Part shown: positions 44,901-45,065 of the stretch, one piece after another | Numbering within the stretch: position 1 is the stretch's first letter | Layout of the letters: the number at the start of each line of letters is the position of its first letter | NCBI GenBank assembly: GCA_030167865.1 | Contig: JALAGF010003158.1 | Coordinates: forward strand, 1 to 45,065 | Source of the DNA: Craspedostauros australis | Taxonomy: Eukaryota | Direction: 5' to 3' | DNA: 45,065 nucleotides | Translations under genes and position numbers: made by a program | Notes under the pieces: model-generated | Told to the model about the DNA's origin: nothing | Database searches by the model: none | What the model saw: only the letters and a program-made list of their open reading frames with translations

Positions 44901-45065
44901 CATCAACCAAAGTTAAACTCTCCGGACTTAGCTCGTGTGCGTGTTCCTGTACTCGTCTTTCTATTGTAGTATCGTATATAATATATATATACAATCCTAA
45001 AGTTTGGTGTCTGTTGCTCTCCTGCTCGGTGAGCGCTGATGTGATCTGTCAAGCACCCCCATCAT

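Overview
Eukaryotic nuclear DNA, most likely from a pennate diatom. The inference rests on GT-AG introns, a bipartite plastid presequence with a Phe at the predicted cleavage site, diatom-type GPCR/PPR/'RGLE' protein families and microsatellite-rich intergenic DNA. About 13 protein-coding genes are supportable. These include a very large PPR protein, a 7TM GPCR-like receptor, plastid UDP-sulfoquinovose synthase (SQD1), a membrane-anchored JmjC/cupin oxygenase, a DUF3291-like protein, two head-to-head S8 subtilases and several hypotheticals. There is also a frameshifted nucleotide-diphospho-sugar transferase pseudogene. No rRNA, tRNA, CRISPR array or intact mobile element was found. Most noteworthy are the divergent subtilase pair (one secreted and modular, one predicted to be membrane-tethered at both ends, both with RxL before the catalytic domain), a stop-free 3n intron candidate that would add a hydrophobic segment if retained, a small 36-aa-repeat protein and a perfect 32-bp palindrome. 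All family assignments are by motif recognition only; no searches were run.
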